Assembly (NCBI GenBank): GCA_040225955.1
Contig: JBECUL010000022.1
Location: 1-33,727, forward strand
From: Candidatus Asgardarchaeum abyssi
Lineage (GTDB): Archaea; Asgardarchaeota; Asgardarchaeia; Asgardarchaeales; Asgardarchaeaceae
Direction of reading: 5' to 3'
DNA: 33,727 nucleotides
Part shown: positions 19,191 to 29,753 of the stretch, piece after piece
Position numbering within the stretch: the stretch's first letter is position 1
How the letters are laid out: each line of letters starts with the position of its first letter
Made by a program: the position numbers and the translations under genes
The notes under the pieces: generated by a model
The model's input: the letters and a program-made list of their open reading frames with translations, nothing else
Database searches by the model: none
Told to the model about the DNA's origin: nothing

Positions 19191-19823
19191 TTACCTCCTT
19201 CTTTCTAATATTATATCTCTCACAAGTTTTATTCTAGTAAATTCTTCAAGCATATCTTCATCTAATAAATCCTCTATATACTTTAAAGTTTGTTTCATCT
19301 CTGGTATAACTATTTTTTCAAGTGCATTTACCATCCTGTTTGTTCTTTCTAAGTCGTCGGAGACAATCTCTATTTTCATTTCCAACTCACTTAACTTAAT
19401 AATCGTTCTTAGTAGTTCTTTATACTTCTTTGCAATGCCTATAAGGGCTGGTGATATTTTATTTTCTATATTCGGTTCGCTTCTTAGCTTAAGAAATGGT
19501 ACATGTACGCCCATAATACTTTTTGGCAAAATGTAAATATCAACATCTTTTGGAATAGTTGCAGCTTGTGCACTAATAGTACTCTCTCCAAGCAGCGCAT
19601 AAAGTTTTCTAAATTCTTTTAGTACTTCTTTTATCTTTCTCTCATATTCCCGTCTAACTATTTTAAGTTGATCCAAGTCCTCTCTAAGTTTTCTTGTTAA
19701 TTCATCACGTTTCATTTCTAACAACTTATATCCATCTTCGATGTATTTCACTTTCTTTTTAAATTCTAAGTAGAATCCCCTAGTCGGCATTATACGCATT
19801 CCGCGAACAGCCACTTTCTTCAC
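19191..19823 (-). CDS. atpD: A/V-type ATPase subunit D
   Basis: PTR, GYKLLEMKRDEL, IMGVHVP, TNRMVNALEKIVIP, EEFTRIK motifs. Confidence 0.95.
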   Translation of the reverse strand: MKKVAVRGMRIMPTRGFYLEFKKKVKYIEDGYKLLEMKRDELTRKLREDLDQLKIVRREYERKIKEVLKEFRKLYALLGESTISAQAATIPKDVDIYILPKSIMGVHVPFLKLRSEPNIENKISPALIGIAKKYKELLRTIIKLSELEMKIEIVSDDLERTNRMVNALEKIVIPEMKQTLKYIEDLLDEDMLEEFTRIKLVRDIILERRR

Positions 19824-21230
19824 CTAGCTCTCATTTGATATAACCTTTTGTTTATAACGTGGATGATATTTCTTAATGTACTCCTCCTTTATTCGTATTA
19901 AATCATCTTCTGGTAGCATTGCAAGTAAGTCCCATGCGATTTCTAATGTTTTTTCAATTGGTCTATTCTCATACAATCCTTGATTAACAAATCTCTTTTC
20001 AAATGCTTCTGCGAACCTAAGATATTTTATCTCTCTCTCACTTAACCCTACTTCTCCAACTATCCTTACGAGCCCTCTTGCCTTCACACCTTCTGCGTAA
20101 GAGACATATAGCTGGTCAGAAACATTAGGATGATCTTCCCTAGTTCTACCCTTTCCAATACCGTCTTTCATCAGTCTTGATAGAGATGGCAATACGTTTA
20201 TTGGCGGATAGATACCCTTAGCATAAAGTTCTCTATCTAATATCAATTGTCCCTCGGTAATGTATCCACTTAAGTCTGGTATAGGATGCGTTATATCTCC
20301 GCCAGGCATCGTTAAAATAGGCATCAGTGTAACTGAACCTTTTTTACCCTTTATTTTTCCTGCTCTTTCATAAATTGTTGCTAAGTCAGAGTATAAATAT
20401 CCTGGATATCCTTTTCTAGCTGGGACCTCCTCTCGAGCTACTGATATCGATCTGAGCGCTTCCGCATAATTTGTCATATCTGTAATGATTGTCAGAATGT
20501 GCATATCTAATTCAAAAGCTAAATATTCTGCAATAGTAAGTGCAACCCTCGGTGCAACTATACGTTCAATAACAGGGTCATCAGCTAGGTTCAATATCAT
20601 AACAGATCGGTTCAGTGCTCCTGTTTTTTCAAATTCGGATTTGAAATACTCAAATTCTTCATGTTTAATTCCGAGCGCTGCGAAAACTATAGCAAAATCT
20701 TCTTCTTTGCCTGGAATTGTTGCTTGCCTAGCAACCTGCGCTGCTATTTGATTATGTGGTAATCCTGCTTCTGAGAAGATTGGTAGCTTCTGCCCTCTAA
20801 TTAGAGAGTTCATACCATCTATTGCAGAAATTCCTGTTTGAATAAATTCACTAGGAGGTTCCCTTGCTGCAGGGTTTATTACTGATCCGAAAACTTCTCT
20901 TTCCTCTTCTCCTATAGGCTCTGGCAACCTATCCAGCGGCTTAAAGTCACCACTAAAAATTCTGCCTATAACATCCTCAGATAATGGTATCTTCATAACT
21001 TCTCCAGTAAATCTAATACCGACATCAAGATTAAGCCCCTCAGTCTCTCCAAAAACCTGAACTATGGCTCTATCCTTCGACACATCAAGAACACTACCTA
21101 TGATTTCTGTACCGCCGCTGAGCTTTATTTCTACAACTTCGTTGTATCCAACGCCATGAACTCCTGTAACTACTAATAAAGGTCCTTTAATTTCTTTAAC
21201 TGTCCTATAAATTAATCCTGATTTCTCCAT
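19824..21230 (-). CDS. atpB: A/V-type ATPase subunit B
   Basis: [68 protein letters not shown]. Confidence 0.98.
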   Translation of the reverse strand: MEKSGLIYRTVKEIKGPLLVVTGVHGVGYNEVVEIKLSGGTEIIGSVLDVSKDRAIVQVFGETEGLNLDVGIRFTGEVMKIPLSEDVIGRIFSGDFKPLDRLPEPIGEEEREVFGSVINPAAREPPSEFIQTGISAIDGMNSLIRGQKLPIFSEAGLPHNQIAAQVARQATIPGKEEDFAIVFAALGIKHEEFEYFKSEFEKTGALNRSVMILNLADDPVIERIVAPRVALTIAEYLAFELDMHILTIITDMTNYAEALRSISVAREEVPARKGYPGYLYSDLATIYERAGKIKGKKGSVTLMPILTMPGGDITHPIPDLSGYITEGQLILDRELYAKGIYPPINVLPSLSRLMKDGIGKGRTREDHPNVSDQLYVSYAEGVKARGLVRIVGEVGLSEREIKYLRFAEAFEKRFVNQGLYENRPIEKTLEIAWDLLAMLPEDDLIRIKEEYIKKYHPRYKQKVISNES

Positions 21231-21242
21231 TATGCCCCCTCC

Positions 21243-24200
21243 TTAAATAGTAACCGTAATTTCATATTCTCTTGCCAAAGATAGGATCTCGTTACGTCCC
21301 TCACTTATTATTTTATCAATCCAATCAATCTCTGGATGTTCTCGCATACGCTTCAGATTCACTATTGTTCTCAGCTCTCTGATTTTCTCTATTGGCACGC
21401 CCTTATCAACTAATGGCTTCACCATCTCATAAAATTCAATAATTGCTTTTAACATAGTTACTTGTTTCTTAGGGTCACAGTACGTGTCTACTTCGTGGAA
21501 TGCATTTTGAAATAGAAATCCTTCTCTTAGAATCTCTGAAATTAAGAGGATTAATCTCTGATCATCAGGAAGTGCTTTTTCGCCTATGACTCTTGCAGTC
21601 TCTTCTATCTTAGAAGCCTCCTCTAATATTCCCATGGCTCTTTTTCTTAAGTCTATCCACGTTGGCTCGTGTTGTTTCCAGAATACGCTTAGAATATCAA
21701 TATATTTGCTAAAACTCAAAAGCCAGTTAATTGCTGGGAAATGTCTTCTAAAAGCAAGTTCCTTGTCTAAAGCCCATAATGTACCAACAAATCTTATAGT
21801 TATTGAGGTTACAGGTTCACTAAAATCAGCACCTGGAGGTGACACAGCACCCATTATTGTTAACGATCCCTTTCTAGGTTTACTTCCTAATGTTAGTACT
21901 AATCCAGCTCTCTCATAAAACTCAGCAATTCTCTCTGCAAGATAAGCGGGGTATCCCCTCTCGACCGGAATTTCTTCTAAACGTCCAGAAATATCTCGTA
22001 ATGCCTCAGCCCATCTTGAAGTGGAATCAGCCATAAGAGCTACATGGTATCCCTGATCCCTATAATATTCTGCAATTGTCACACCCATGTAAATACTCGC
22101 TTCTCTAGCAAAGACTGGCAAATTGCTAACATTTGCTATAAAAATAGATCTTTCGTCAAGTCTCTTCCCAGTACGAGGGTCTTTCAGTGATGGGAAGTGT
22201 GTAATAACATCTGCCATCTCGTTTCCTCTTTCTCCACATCCAATATATACAATTATATCAGCATCTGACCATTTCGCCAACTGGTGTAATGTAACCGTAT
22301 TATGTAAAATTATCGGAATTTCACCGCCTACAAAGTTATGAGTATCCTCTACAGTTATGTCGTAGACTTCATATTCTTTTTCAATTATTTTTATTTCTTT
22401 TATTGGATCTAAATATATCCACTCAAAGGCTTGTACAAGGTTTAGTAGGTGCTCATCCTTAGTAGTTTCAGCTAATTTTAATAGAGACGTGGAGGTTAAC
22501 TTTTCATTCCTTTTTATGTAATTCTGTATCCATATCTCGTGATTTTCAAGATATCTCCTAGAGAATCCTTTAACTATCTCCTTAAGGGCGTCAGAACTTA
22601 TTGGAACAATGTCTCTAGTTATTCGACCACCCGCTTTTGATTCAAGATATTCATAGACAGTTAAAACCTTATCTAAATTAGGTGAATTTTGCAGTACAAT
22701 CCTCGCAAACTTTGAAATCTCTTTTTTCCCGCTAATTATTATTCTATACTGATAGTCGTCGTTTTGTGATTTTCTCCTCGATACCGTATATAATATGCCC
22801 AATATAGATAGAAGGTAAGATAGTCCCTCTACTAATTTGCGAGATGCTGACGAAATCTCTATAGCACTTTTGTCAAAAGTCCCATCGCCTAGATAATATC
22901 CTCTTATAAATGCAGCAATAACGTTCTTAGGAGATCTTAATACGATTTTCGGAACTATAACATTTCTAGATTTTCTTTTCGATGGAATATCTAACTTCTG
23001 AAGAAGCTTAACGAGAATTGTGGATCTTATAGTAAGCCCTCTAACTGTTTTAAAGATCATGGCTTTTGGTTTAATATCAAATAGTTGTTCGCTTAGCTCA
23101 ATAAATCTATCTAATAGTAAATTATTGTTGTTGAAGAATCTTAACTCCTTCTTTGTTATCATTCCATCAGATAAAAGTAGACCTAGGAACTCTGCAAAAT
23201 CTTCATTAAATGTTTCAGGAACTCTGATCTCTTTTTTGCTTCTGGTAATAGAAATTCTTGAGATTGGCGGTTTTGGTTGATTTGCTAAGTTATATAACCG
23301 TTCGATGAATCTAACAGTTGGATAGTTTTTTCCAGTATAATAACTTATAAGTTGATCATAAGACACATCCAAAAGTTTTGCTATTTTCTTCTTTCCGTGA
23401 TATTTCTTAGCTAGCACATCAATTAACTCAATGACATCTTTTAATAATTCTTTATCTCTTACCCTTGCCTCTGGTAAAAGATCATATACATTTATTTCTA
23501 AATATGTTCCCTCATTTATTATTGGTATACACCTAGGAACTGCTATATAATCACCTTCTTTTAGGTAAATAGCGGGCTTTTCCTCAAAGTATCCTTCTGG
23601 GTTAAACACAATCAATTTATGCGCTGGGGTAACTTTTATATCTCTTCCACCTCTTGTTCTAATTGCAACAATTTTATCCGTTTTGCCCTTGTATATGTGA
23701 GTAGCTCTCTTAAATACCATCTTAGTTCCATCAAATGAGATCACACGTATATTTTCTAACTCGCCTATCTCTTCTTCCCCATCTTTAATTATATTTTTAG
23801 CCATCCTATAGAAGTGTTCTATCGGCACTAATTCACCACTATCTAGCAAAACTGGCGTTCCAGGCAGTACACATTTACCTGTTCCAAATCCTCCAGGAAT
23901 TGCACCAGTTCCGCCTTTTGCAATTGGGAAGAATGTATCTATTACTCTTTGACCAGTAATTAAAGGTTCAACTAATGGAAGTCTTGCTTTAACAGGTCTT
24001 GGTCTTCTTACAGGCCAAGTCTGCATCATTGTTAGCTCCTTCTTCTCACCAGAAGGTGTCCTTAAAATGGCTACTGGCTCTGTAATTGTAAACTTTCCTT
24101 CGTATATCTCCTCAATTGTCCCTTCCAAGTCGAGTGGTACCATTATTCTGTGTGTTATAGCAGATGTTTCTGGTACTGTCCCTATAATGTCACCACCAAC

Positions 24201-24587
24201 TACTTTATCGCCTTTTTTAACAGTTGGTGTAAACTCCCATTTTTTATCTCTATCCAGCGGTGTTATCTTTACACCCTTTTTGATAAATGGTCCTGTTAAT
24301 TCCCATAACTTTAATTCTGAAATCTCTAGTCCATCAAAAATTCCACCCAAAAGTCCAGGACCAAGTTCAGCAACTAATGGTTTTTCGGTGTTTATGACAA
24401 CATCTCCTGGACGAAGACCACTAGTATCCTCATAACATTGTATTGCAACCTTGTTACCAAAAATCCTTACAATTTCTCCTATAAGCTTCATCTCACCTAA
24501 ATGTGTAATGTCTCCGATTTTTGCATTTGGAACATTTTCGGCTATTACTAATGAGCCGTTAATCCTAACAATATTACCTTCTGCCAT
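21243..24587 (-). CDS. atpA: A/V-type ATPase subunit A, intein-containing (589 aa after splicing)
   Basis: [16 protein letters not shown]|[37 protein letters not shown] motifs. Confidence 0.98.
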   Translation of the reverse strand: MAEGNIVRINGSLVIAENVPNAKIGDITHLGEMKLIGEIVRIFGNKVAIQCYEDTSGLRPGDVVINTEKPLVAELGPGLLGGIFDGLEISELKLWELTGPFIKKGVKITPLDRDKKWEFTPTVKKGDKVVGGDIIGTVPETSAITHRIMVPLDLEGTIEEIYEGKFTITEPVAILRTPSGEKKELTMMQTWPVRRPRPVKARLPLVEPLITGQRVIDTFFPIAKGGTGAIPGGFGTGKCVLPGTPVLLDSGELVPIEHFYRMAKNIIKDGEEEIGELENIRVISFDGTKMVFKRATHIYKGKTDKIVAIRTRGGRDIKVTPAHKLIVFNPEGYFEEKPAIYLKEGDYIAVPRCIPIINEGTYLEINVYDLLPEARVRDKELLKDVIELIDVLAKKYHGKKKIAKLLDVSYDQLISYYTGKNYPTVRFIERLYNLANQPKPPISRISITRSKKEIRVPETFNEDFAEFLGLLLSDGMITKKELRFFNNNNLLLDRFIELSEQLFDIKPKAMIFKTVRGLTIRSTILVKLLQKLDIPSKRKSRNVIVPKIVLRSPKNVIAAFIRGYYLGDGTFDKSAIEISSASRKLVEGLSYLLSILGILYTVSRRKSQNDDYQYRIIISGKKEISKFARIVLQNSPNLDKVLTVYEYLESKAGGRITRDIVPISSDALKEIVKGFSRRYLENHEIWIQNYIKRNEKLTSTSLLKLAETTKDEHLLNLVQAFEWIYLDPIKEIKIIEKEYEVYDITVEDTHNFVGGEIPIILHNTVTLHQLAKWSDADIIVYIGCGERGNEMADVITHFPSLKDPRTGKRLDERSIFIANVSNLPVFAREASIYMGVTIAEYYRDQGYHVALMADSTSRWAEALRDISGRLEEIPVERGYPAYLAERIAEFYERAGLVLTLGSKPRKGSLTIMGAVSPPGADFSEPVTSITIRFVGTLWALDKELAFRRHFPAINWLLSFSKYIDILSVFWKQHEPTWIDLRKRAMGILEEASKIEETARVIGEKALPDDQRLILLISEILREGFLFQNAFHEVDTYCDPKKQVTMLKAIIEFYEMVKPLVDKGVPIEKIRELRTIVNLKRMREHPEIDWIDKIISEGRNEILSLAREYEITVTI
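22299..23873 (-). mobile_element. intein (525 aa) with LAGLIDADG homing endonuclease in the AtpA P-loop
   Basis: Begins CVLPGT after GTGK; block B VTPAHK; LAGLIDADG-like FLGLLLSDG and [10 protein letters not shown]; block F VYDITV..HNF; ends ILHN before T(+1). Confidence 0.96.
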
Positions 24588-24594
24588 AACCTCA

Positions 24595-25227
24595 TCACAA
24601 CTCCTGTGATAATAATACTTTTCCTATAAGCAGTCTTAACTTTCTTTTCATCTTAAAAACTCTATCCTCTAAAGTGTTATAATACGTCTTAAGGCCATCT
24701 TCGCTTTCAGCTACAACGCCACCTATGGCCCTTGGTAAAATCCTTCCAATTTTTAAGTTGATCTTTCTTCCAACATCTCTTGACAATTTTTCCTCCAGCA
24801 CCCTCAGATTTCTCTTTATATATTCTAAATCTTTCTGATTTGCGTGAATTACTACTGTATCCTCCCTTATATTGCTGACTGCCTCTTTGAGAAGAGAATA
24901 GAATATTTTCTCGTAGTTGTAATCTCCTCTTTCTCCACTAGCTACCTTTTTAATCTCATTTAAGACCCCATCAAGGACCTTTTCTACGATTTCCTCCTTT
25001 GCTTTTAATAATTCTGTTCTACCTTCAACCTCGGCTCTTCCAATAATTCGTCTTCTAATTAATGCAACCTCGGCTCGAGCTCGATCCATAAATAGTTTAT
25101 CAACCTTACGTTTTGCCTCCTCGATTATGTTTTTTGCCCTTTCTTCTGCAGATTTAATAGTCTCTTGTATCTCTTTCTCTGCTCTTTTTCTAATCTCAGA
25201 GATCAATACTTCTACGGCCTCACTCAA
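24595..25227 (-). CDS. atpE: A/V-type ATPase subunit E
   Basis: N-terminal coiled coil, IGGVVAES.DG..YYNTLE.R C-terminal motif. Confidence 0.92.
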   Translation of the reverse strand: MSEAVEVLISEIRKRAEKEIQETIKSAEERAKNIIEEAKRKVDKLFMDRARAEVALIRRRIIGRAEVEGRTELLKAKEEIVEKVLDGVLNEIKKVASGERGDYNYEKIFYSLLKEAVSNIREDTVVIHANQKDLEYIKRNLRVLEEKLSRDVGRKINLKIGRILPRAIGGVVAESEDGLKTYYNTLEDRVFKMKRKLRLLIGKVLLSQEL

Positions 25228-25525
25228 CTTTTAAAACCTCCTTTAGAGCAACCTCTACTGCCTCTCTTATTTTATCATCTGGAATGGACCTAATTTTGGA
25301 AGCTCTTTCTAAATATCTCTCTTTTACTTTTTTTGCCTCCATTTTGATAATTTCCTCTTGTTCCTCAAGGTATTTCCTCAGTCCCTCTTCAATGTTTTTT
25401 TCATTGAGAATTCTTTTTTCCTCCTCATGAGCCTTTGCAAGTATCTCATCAGCCTTCTTTTTTGCTTCTTCTATCCTTTTTGTTGCTTCTATTTCCTCCA
25501 AAATCAATTTTTCGAGATCACTCAT
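25220..25525 (-). CDS. atpH: A/V-type ATPase subunit H/G (peripheral stalk)
   Basis: 101-aa E/K/A-rich coiled coil overlapping the atpE start. Confidence 0.8.
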   Translation of the reverse strand: MSDLEKLILEEIEATKRIEEAKKKADEILAKAHEEEKRILNEKNIEEGLRKYLEEQEEIIKMEAKKVKERYLERASKIRSIPDDKIREAVEVALKEVLKVE

Positions 25526-25537
25526 CCTAAAACCCCT

Positions 25538-25855
25538 TTATAGTTTTAATTTAATACCAACAGCTAGTGAAATTCTTTTCTTTAACTCCTCTAAACGCTT
25601 TCCAGAAATTCCAGTATAGTCTGGAAGAAAAGCAAAAAGAGGGCTTACTTGTCCACTCTTTATTACTTTATCTCTAATGTCCCGTGTATCGTCAACAAAT
25701 CTCTCGGGAAGAATGATCACCGCATAATCCCTACTTTCAATTAACCTATTAAGAATTTTTCTAATCTCACGGATGTCCTCAGTTACAAAACCTTCGCAGC
25801 CTATGAGTTCAAATCCTCTGACAAATGTTGGGTCTCCAATAACCGCTACTTTCAT
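25538..25855 (-). CDS. atpF: A/V-type ATPase subunit F
   Basis: MKVAVIGD..FVRGF.LIG, YAVII, C-terminal AVGIKL. Confidence 0.93.
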   Translation of the reverse strand: MKVAVIGDPTFVRGFELIGCEGFVTEDIREIRKILNRLIESRDYAVIILPERFVDDTRDIRDKVIKSGQVSPLFAFLPDYTGISGKRLEELKKRISLAVGIKLKL

Positions 25856-26130
25856 TTCATGACCCGCCGATTAATTTCCAAGTGCCTACAATTAGCTACT
25901 TATATTTAACTTAAATATATTTTCTATCCGAATTTTAGAAATCTTCAGTTAATGCTTTTTGATTTTACACGCTATCATTTTAAAAACTTTCTAAAATAAA
26001 TTTCAGCATTTCCCGAGAAAATTACAATTTTTTAGAAAACAATGCTCTTTTCATAAACACTCTACAATAATGTAAATGTAACTTAATTTTACCATAGTAT
26101 ATAAAAAGCGCTATCATGTATCCTCTTCGT

Positions 26131-26810
26131 CTAAAAATTTTTAATATTTTCAAGAGATAGCAAAATGTGCTGCTTACCATTATTCTTAATAACTCTTCCA
26201 TGACCAGGAATTAATATCTTAACATCAAGAGAAGACAGCTTCTCGATTGACAATTTAAGCATTTTAATATTTCCTGTATGTAAATCAGCTCTTCCAAAAC
26301 CACCATATGGAAAAACTGTATCACCAGAGATTAAGATCTTATGAGGCTTATTATAAAAGCAAATGCTGCCAGCAGTGTGCCCAGGAGTCTCAATAACTGT
26401 AAACTCTCCAATTACCGAATCGATATAATCTCCCTCCTTGATTACTTTCTGTGCTTGTATACTTTCCAGCTTTGCATTAAAGAGATAAGCAACAGAAATT
26501 AATCATCACCGGCCTTCAAAACATCCGCAGTACTCTTAGATACATAAATTTCACAACGCACTTTCCTGCAAAGCTTGGCAAAACCACCTATGTGATCATA
26601 GTGCTCATGCGTTGCTGATAGTATAACTCTTCTTAAACCGTCTTTAATAATTCGTTTAATGGCTTGAACAACTCGAGAAATATTATCAGGCATGCCTGGA
26701 TCAACTACAATTACCTCGTCATCATTTTTCTTTATGATAACAGTATTAGAGCTATAGCCTTTCCCGTAAATTACTAATAGCCCTGAAGTTATAACCTCCA
26801 CAACATCCAC
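26131..26810 (-). pseudogene. MBL-fold metallohydrolase with one frameshift near 26500
   Basis: 5' part has THEHYDHIGG; shifted frame continues ISVAYLFNA...TPGHTAGS...SGDTVF...GRAD...PGHG to TAG at 26131-26133. Confidence 0.88.
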
Positions 26811-27370
26811 AGATGAAACCTCCTAGAAGAACATCCCTATCCACATTACATCTCTCACCAGCATTATATGTTGTTCGCAATAGATTTTCTGTTCTTAAAG
26901 TTTGTGAGTTATGTGAAATATTAGCTGGCGGCAGAACAATAGAAAATAAGAGAGCTAGATGATCTGCCTATGACCTCAGTCTCACTCAAATATTTCCGAA
27001 AAATATGAACAAAATAGAGTCCTACCTCTATATTAAAAAATTTATATGGAGGTAAAGTAATTCCCCATCCTACCTATGTAGGTAGTTTAACATCCACAAT
27101 GAACGATTGATATTATTTTTTCAATATGGTGTTAGTTGCGCATAGTCGTTTATGCACCTAATCAAAGGTTATATTGATTTTTCACTGCAAACTAAAGATA
27201 GTTAGGTGCTGTTATTCTTGACAGCTACTAATCAAGGCTTCAACACAGCAGGTAACTGGTCCCAAAACAGAGTTAGACTTGTTATTCAACAAAAATAGAA
27301 TAGTTTATAAACAAAAATGATTATAAAAATAATAATTAAAAAAATAATCATTAATAATGAAGTGATTAAC

Positions 27371-28774
27371 ATGAAATTCTATGACCGAGAATCTGAGCTA
27401 AATGTACTAGAAACTCTAAACAAAAGAAGGCCATCGTTTATAGTTATAACGGGGAGACGTAGGGTCGGTAAAACAGAATTGATAAAGCAGTTTATAAAAG
27501 GAAAGAATGCTCTATACTTTTTTGTCGATGCTTACAAAAGTTTATCTGAATTGATTGATGAGTATGCCGAATACATTGTAAGAGAGTTAAGTTTGCCGAG
27601 TTACATTAAAATATCAAAAGCGGAAGAATTTCTGGAATTTATATTCACTAATGAGATCGTTAAAAATCGACAGCTGATTATAGTTTTTGATGAATTTCAA
27701 AGATTCCTCAAGATAAATCCATCTTTCATCATGCTACTTCAAAAGTTTTGGGACTTGTACAAAAATGATACAAACATATATCTTATTATCTCGGGGTCCA
27801 GTATTGGGATGATTCGAAGAATATTCTTAGAGGAGAAAGCTCCTCTTTTCAAACGAGCTGATAATATAATCACCCTCCGTGATTTTAGTTTTTGGGAAAT
27901 ATGTAGGATTCTCGATGATCTAGAGATAGTGGATCCTATCGAGAAACTGAAGATTTTTGGGTTATTCGGTGGCACAATTTTCTACTATACACTTCTAGAA
28001 AAATATAATGTTAAGTCTTTCGAAGATGCTCTCAATATTCTTATTCTAAATGATTACGCCCCATTACGAAATGAAGTAAAAGATATTTTCATTGAGGAAT
28101 TTGGTAAAGTCTATCGCACCTACTTTGAAATAATATCTGCTATTGCTAGAGGCAGGGTATCTCGAAAAGAGATAGCTGATATTGTAAAAATAAAAGAAAG
28201 CTCTCTCTCACCATATTTATACGACCTATCCGAAATACTTAATCTGGTCGAGTACCGGGTCCCAATAACTGATGATATCGGGAAAAGTAAACGAGGACGC
28301 TACTTCTTGACAAACAATTTTATAAAGTTCTGGTTCAAATTCATATATCCTAACAGGAGCCTCTATGAGATTGGCCGTTATGAACAAATAAAAAGAAAAA
28401 TACTAAGCGAATGGAATAGCTTCATCGGCTTCGTCTTTGAGGAAATAGCTCGTGATTTCATAAAGCGAAAATACGGATCATCATTCGAGAAAATAGGAGC
28501 TTGGTGGGATCGAAAAGGCAACGAAATTGATATCGTATGTATAAATCAAAGAACATCAAAAATTTGCTTTATAGAAGTTAAATGGAGCTCGCTTACTTAC
28601 AGTGCCGCAATCCACGTAATAAATAGGTTGAGAGAGAAATCTAAATATCTATCTATAGGATTCAAAGATGTTTGTTTTGGAATAATCGCTAAATCAATCA
28701 GTGAGAAAGATAAACTAAAGGAGCAAGGTTATCTGGTATTCGATTTCGAGGATATTTATAACCTCGCTCAGTAG
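27371..28774 (+). CDS. archaeal ATPase (ATPase_2) with wHTH and DUF234 PD-(D/E)XK-like C-terminus
   Basis: FYDRESEL, Walker A GRRRVGKT, Walker B FDEFQ, SGSS, F.KFWF.FIYP, WW...EIDI...EVKW; ATG 27371 preferred. Confidence 0.9.
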   Translation: MKFYDRESELNVLETLNKRRPSFIVITGRRRVGKTELIKQFIKGKNALYFFVDAYKSLSELIDEYAEYIVRELSLPSYIKISKAEEFLEFIFTNEIVKNRQLIIVFDEFQRFLKINPSFIMLLQKFWDLYKNDTNIYLIISGSSIGMIRRIFLEEKAPLFKRADNIITLRDFSFWEICRILDDLEIVDPIEKLKIFGLFGGTIFYYTLLEKYNVKSFEDALNILILNDYAPLRNEVKDIFIEEFGKVYRTYFEIISAIARGRVSRKEIADIVKIKESSLSPYLYDLSEILNLVEYRVPITDDIGKSKRGRYFLTNNFIKFWFKFIYPNRSLYEIGRYEQIKRKILSEWNSFIGFVFEEIARDFIKRKYGSSFEKIGAWWDRKGNEIDIVCINQRTSKICFIEVKWSSLTYSAAIHVINRLREKSKYLSIGFKDVCFGIIAKSISEKDKLKEQGYLVFDFEDIYNLAQ

Positions 28775-28929
28775 AACATTTATGCAATTTCCCAATTTCA
28801 ACTACTTAATGATTATTATAGCTTGATGATCAAATTAAGAACATCGAGGCTTTTAACAATTTTGTTATATCTCATTTTTTCATATAAAAATAAACCCCTA
28901 TGTACCATAACGATTAAACAATTAACAAT

Positions 28930-29454
28930 CTATTGCGAACAACATATAATGCTGGTGAAAGCTAAGGCTAAGGCTCTTATAGGTATAGGATTCTGCGGCG
29001 CACTTAAGGATAATATTCAAATAGGCGATGTCATACTGCCTACGGCTTCAGCAAGAGATGAAGATACAACAGACCACTATGCCTCTAAAAAAATGCCTGC
29101 CACGCCAGACTTCCACATAATCTTAATAATGGCTAAACACGCCATGAACAAAAACCTAAAAGTCCACATTGGGCCTATAGTAACAACCTCAGCATCCCTC
29201 AAAGAGGACAGCAAGTTCATAATTAAATGGAGCAAATATAAAACCCTAGGGGTCGACTGCGAAACATCCGTACTCTACTTAATATCCTATCTGTACAACA
29301 TAAAAGCTGGTGTAATACTCACAGTAAGCGATAACCTATTAACCAAATATCCTACACTGCTAGCAAAGAATATGAAGAAAAAGTACAAAAAACATTCAAC
29401 AACACAATAATAACGGCTCTAGATACCATCACAGAAATCCATAATCAACAGTGA
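28930..29454 (+). pseudogene. purine/uridine nucleoside phosphorylase (PNP_UDP_1) remnant
   Basis: IGIGFCGAL, IGDVILP..A.RDE.T..HY, GVDCE, LTVSD motifs; N-terminal part absent; frameshift near 29340 with the helical tail continuing to TGA 29452-29454. Confidence 0.8.
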
Positions 29455-29753
29455 TCATGCGATAATCTTACTAAATACATTGACAAGTATCTTTATCAAT
29501 TTTATATTTAAAAAGTCCTTACATAAGTCATTTTAAAGAAGTAAAACTATATATATCGTGACTTTAAATAAATTAAAGCAACATTATTTTTATTATTAAT
29601 ATCTTTCTCTTTGCAATTTATTTAACTGCTTTACTATTTGTATACCTTTAAACTCAAAATAAGAATCCAATCTTTTACCTAATGCTTTCAGTTCTTTAAA
29701 AGTAGATTTTAAATGTTTTTAAATTTAAAACTGCTACATAGGGAGGTTTTAAA

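Noticed and set aside
18363-25543. Plus-strand ORFs within the ATPase operon
   Set aside because: Antisense shadows of atp genes.
25856-26130. AT-rich intergenic region as a replication origin
   Set aside because: No ORB-like boxes and no adjacent orc1/cdc6; explained as the atpF upstream region.
27020-27086. Short inverted repeats (TACCTC..GAGGTA; CTACCTA-TG-TAGGTAG)
   Set aside because: Too short to assign a function and not periodic; no CRISPR-like array here or elsewhere in the window.
27276-27296. GTTATTCAACAAAAA resembling the IS terminal repeat
   Set aside because: Lacks the terminal GCA, has no partner end and no convincing transposase remnant.
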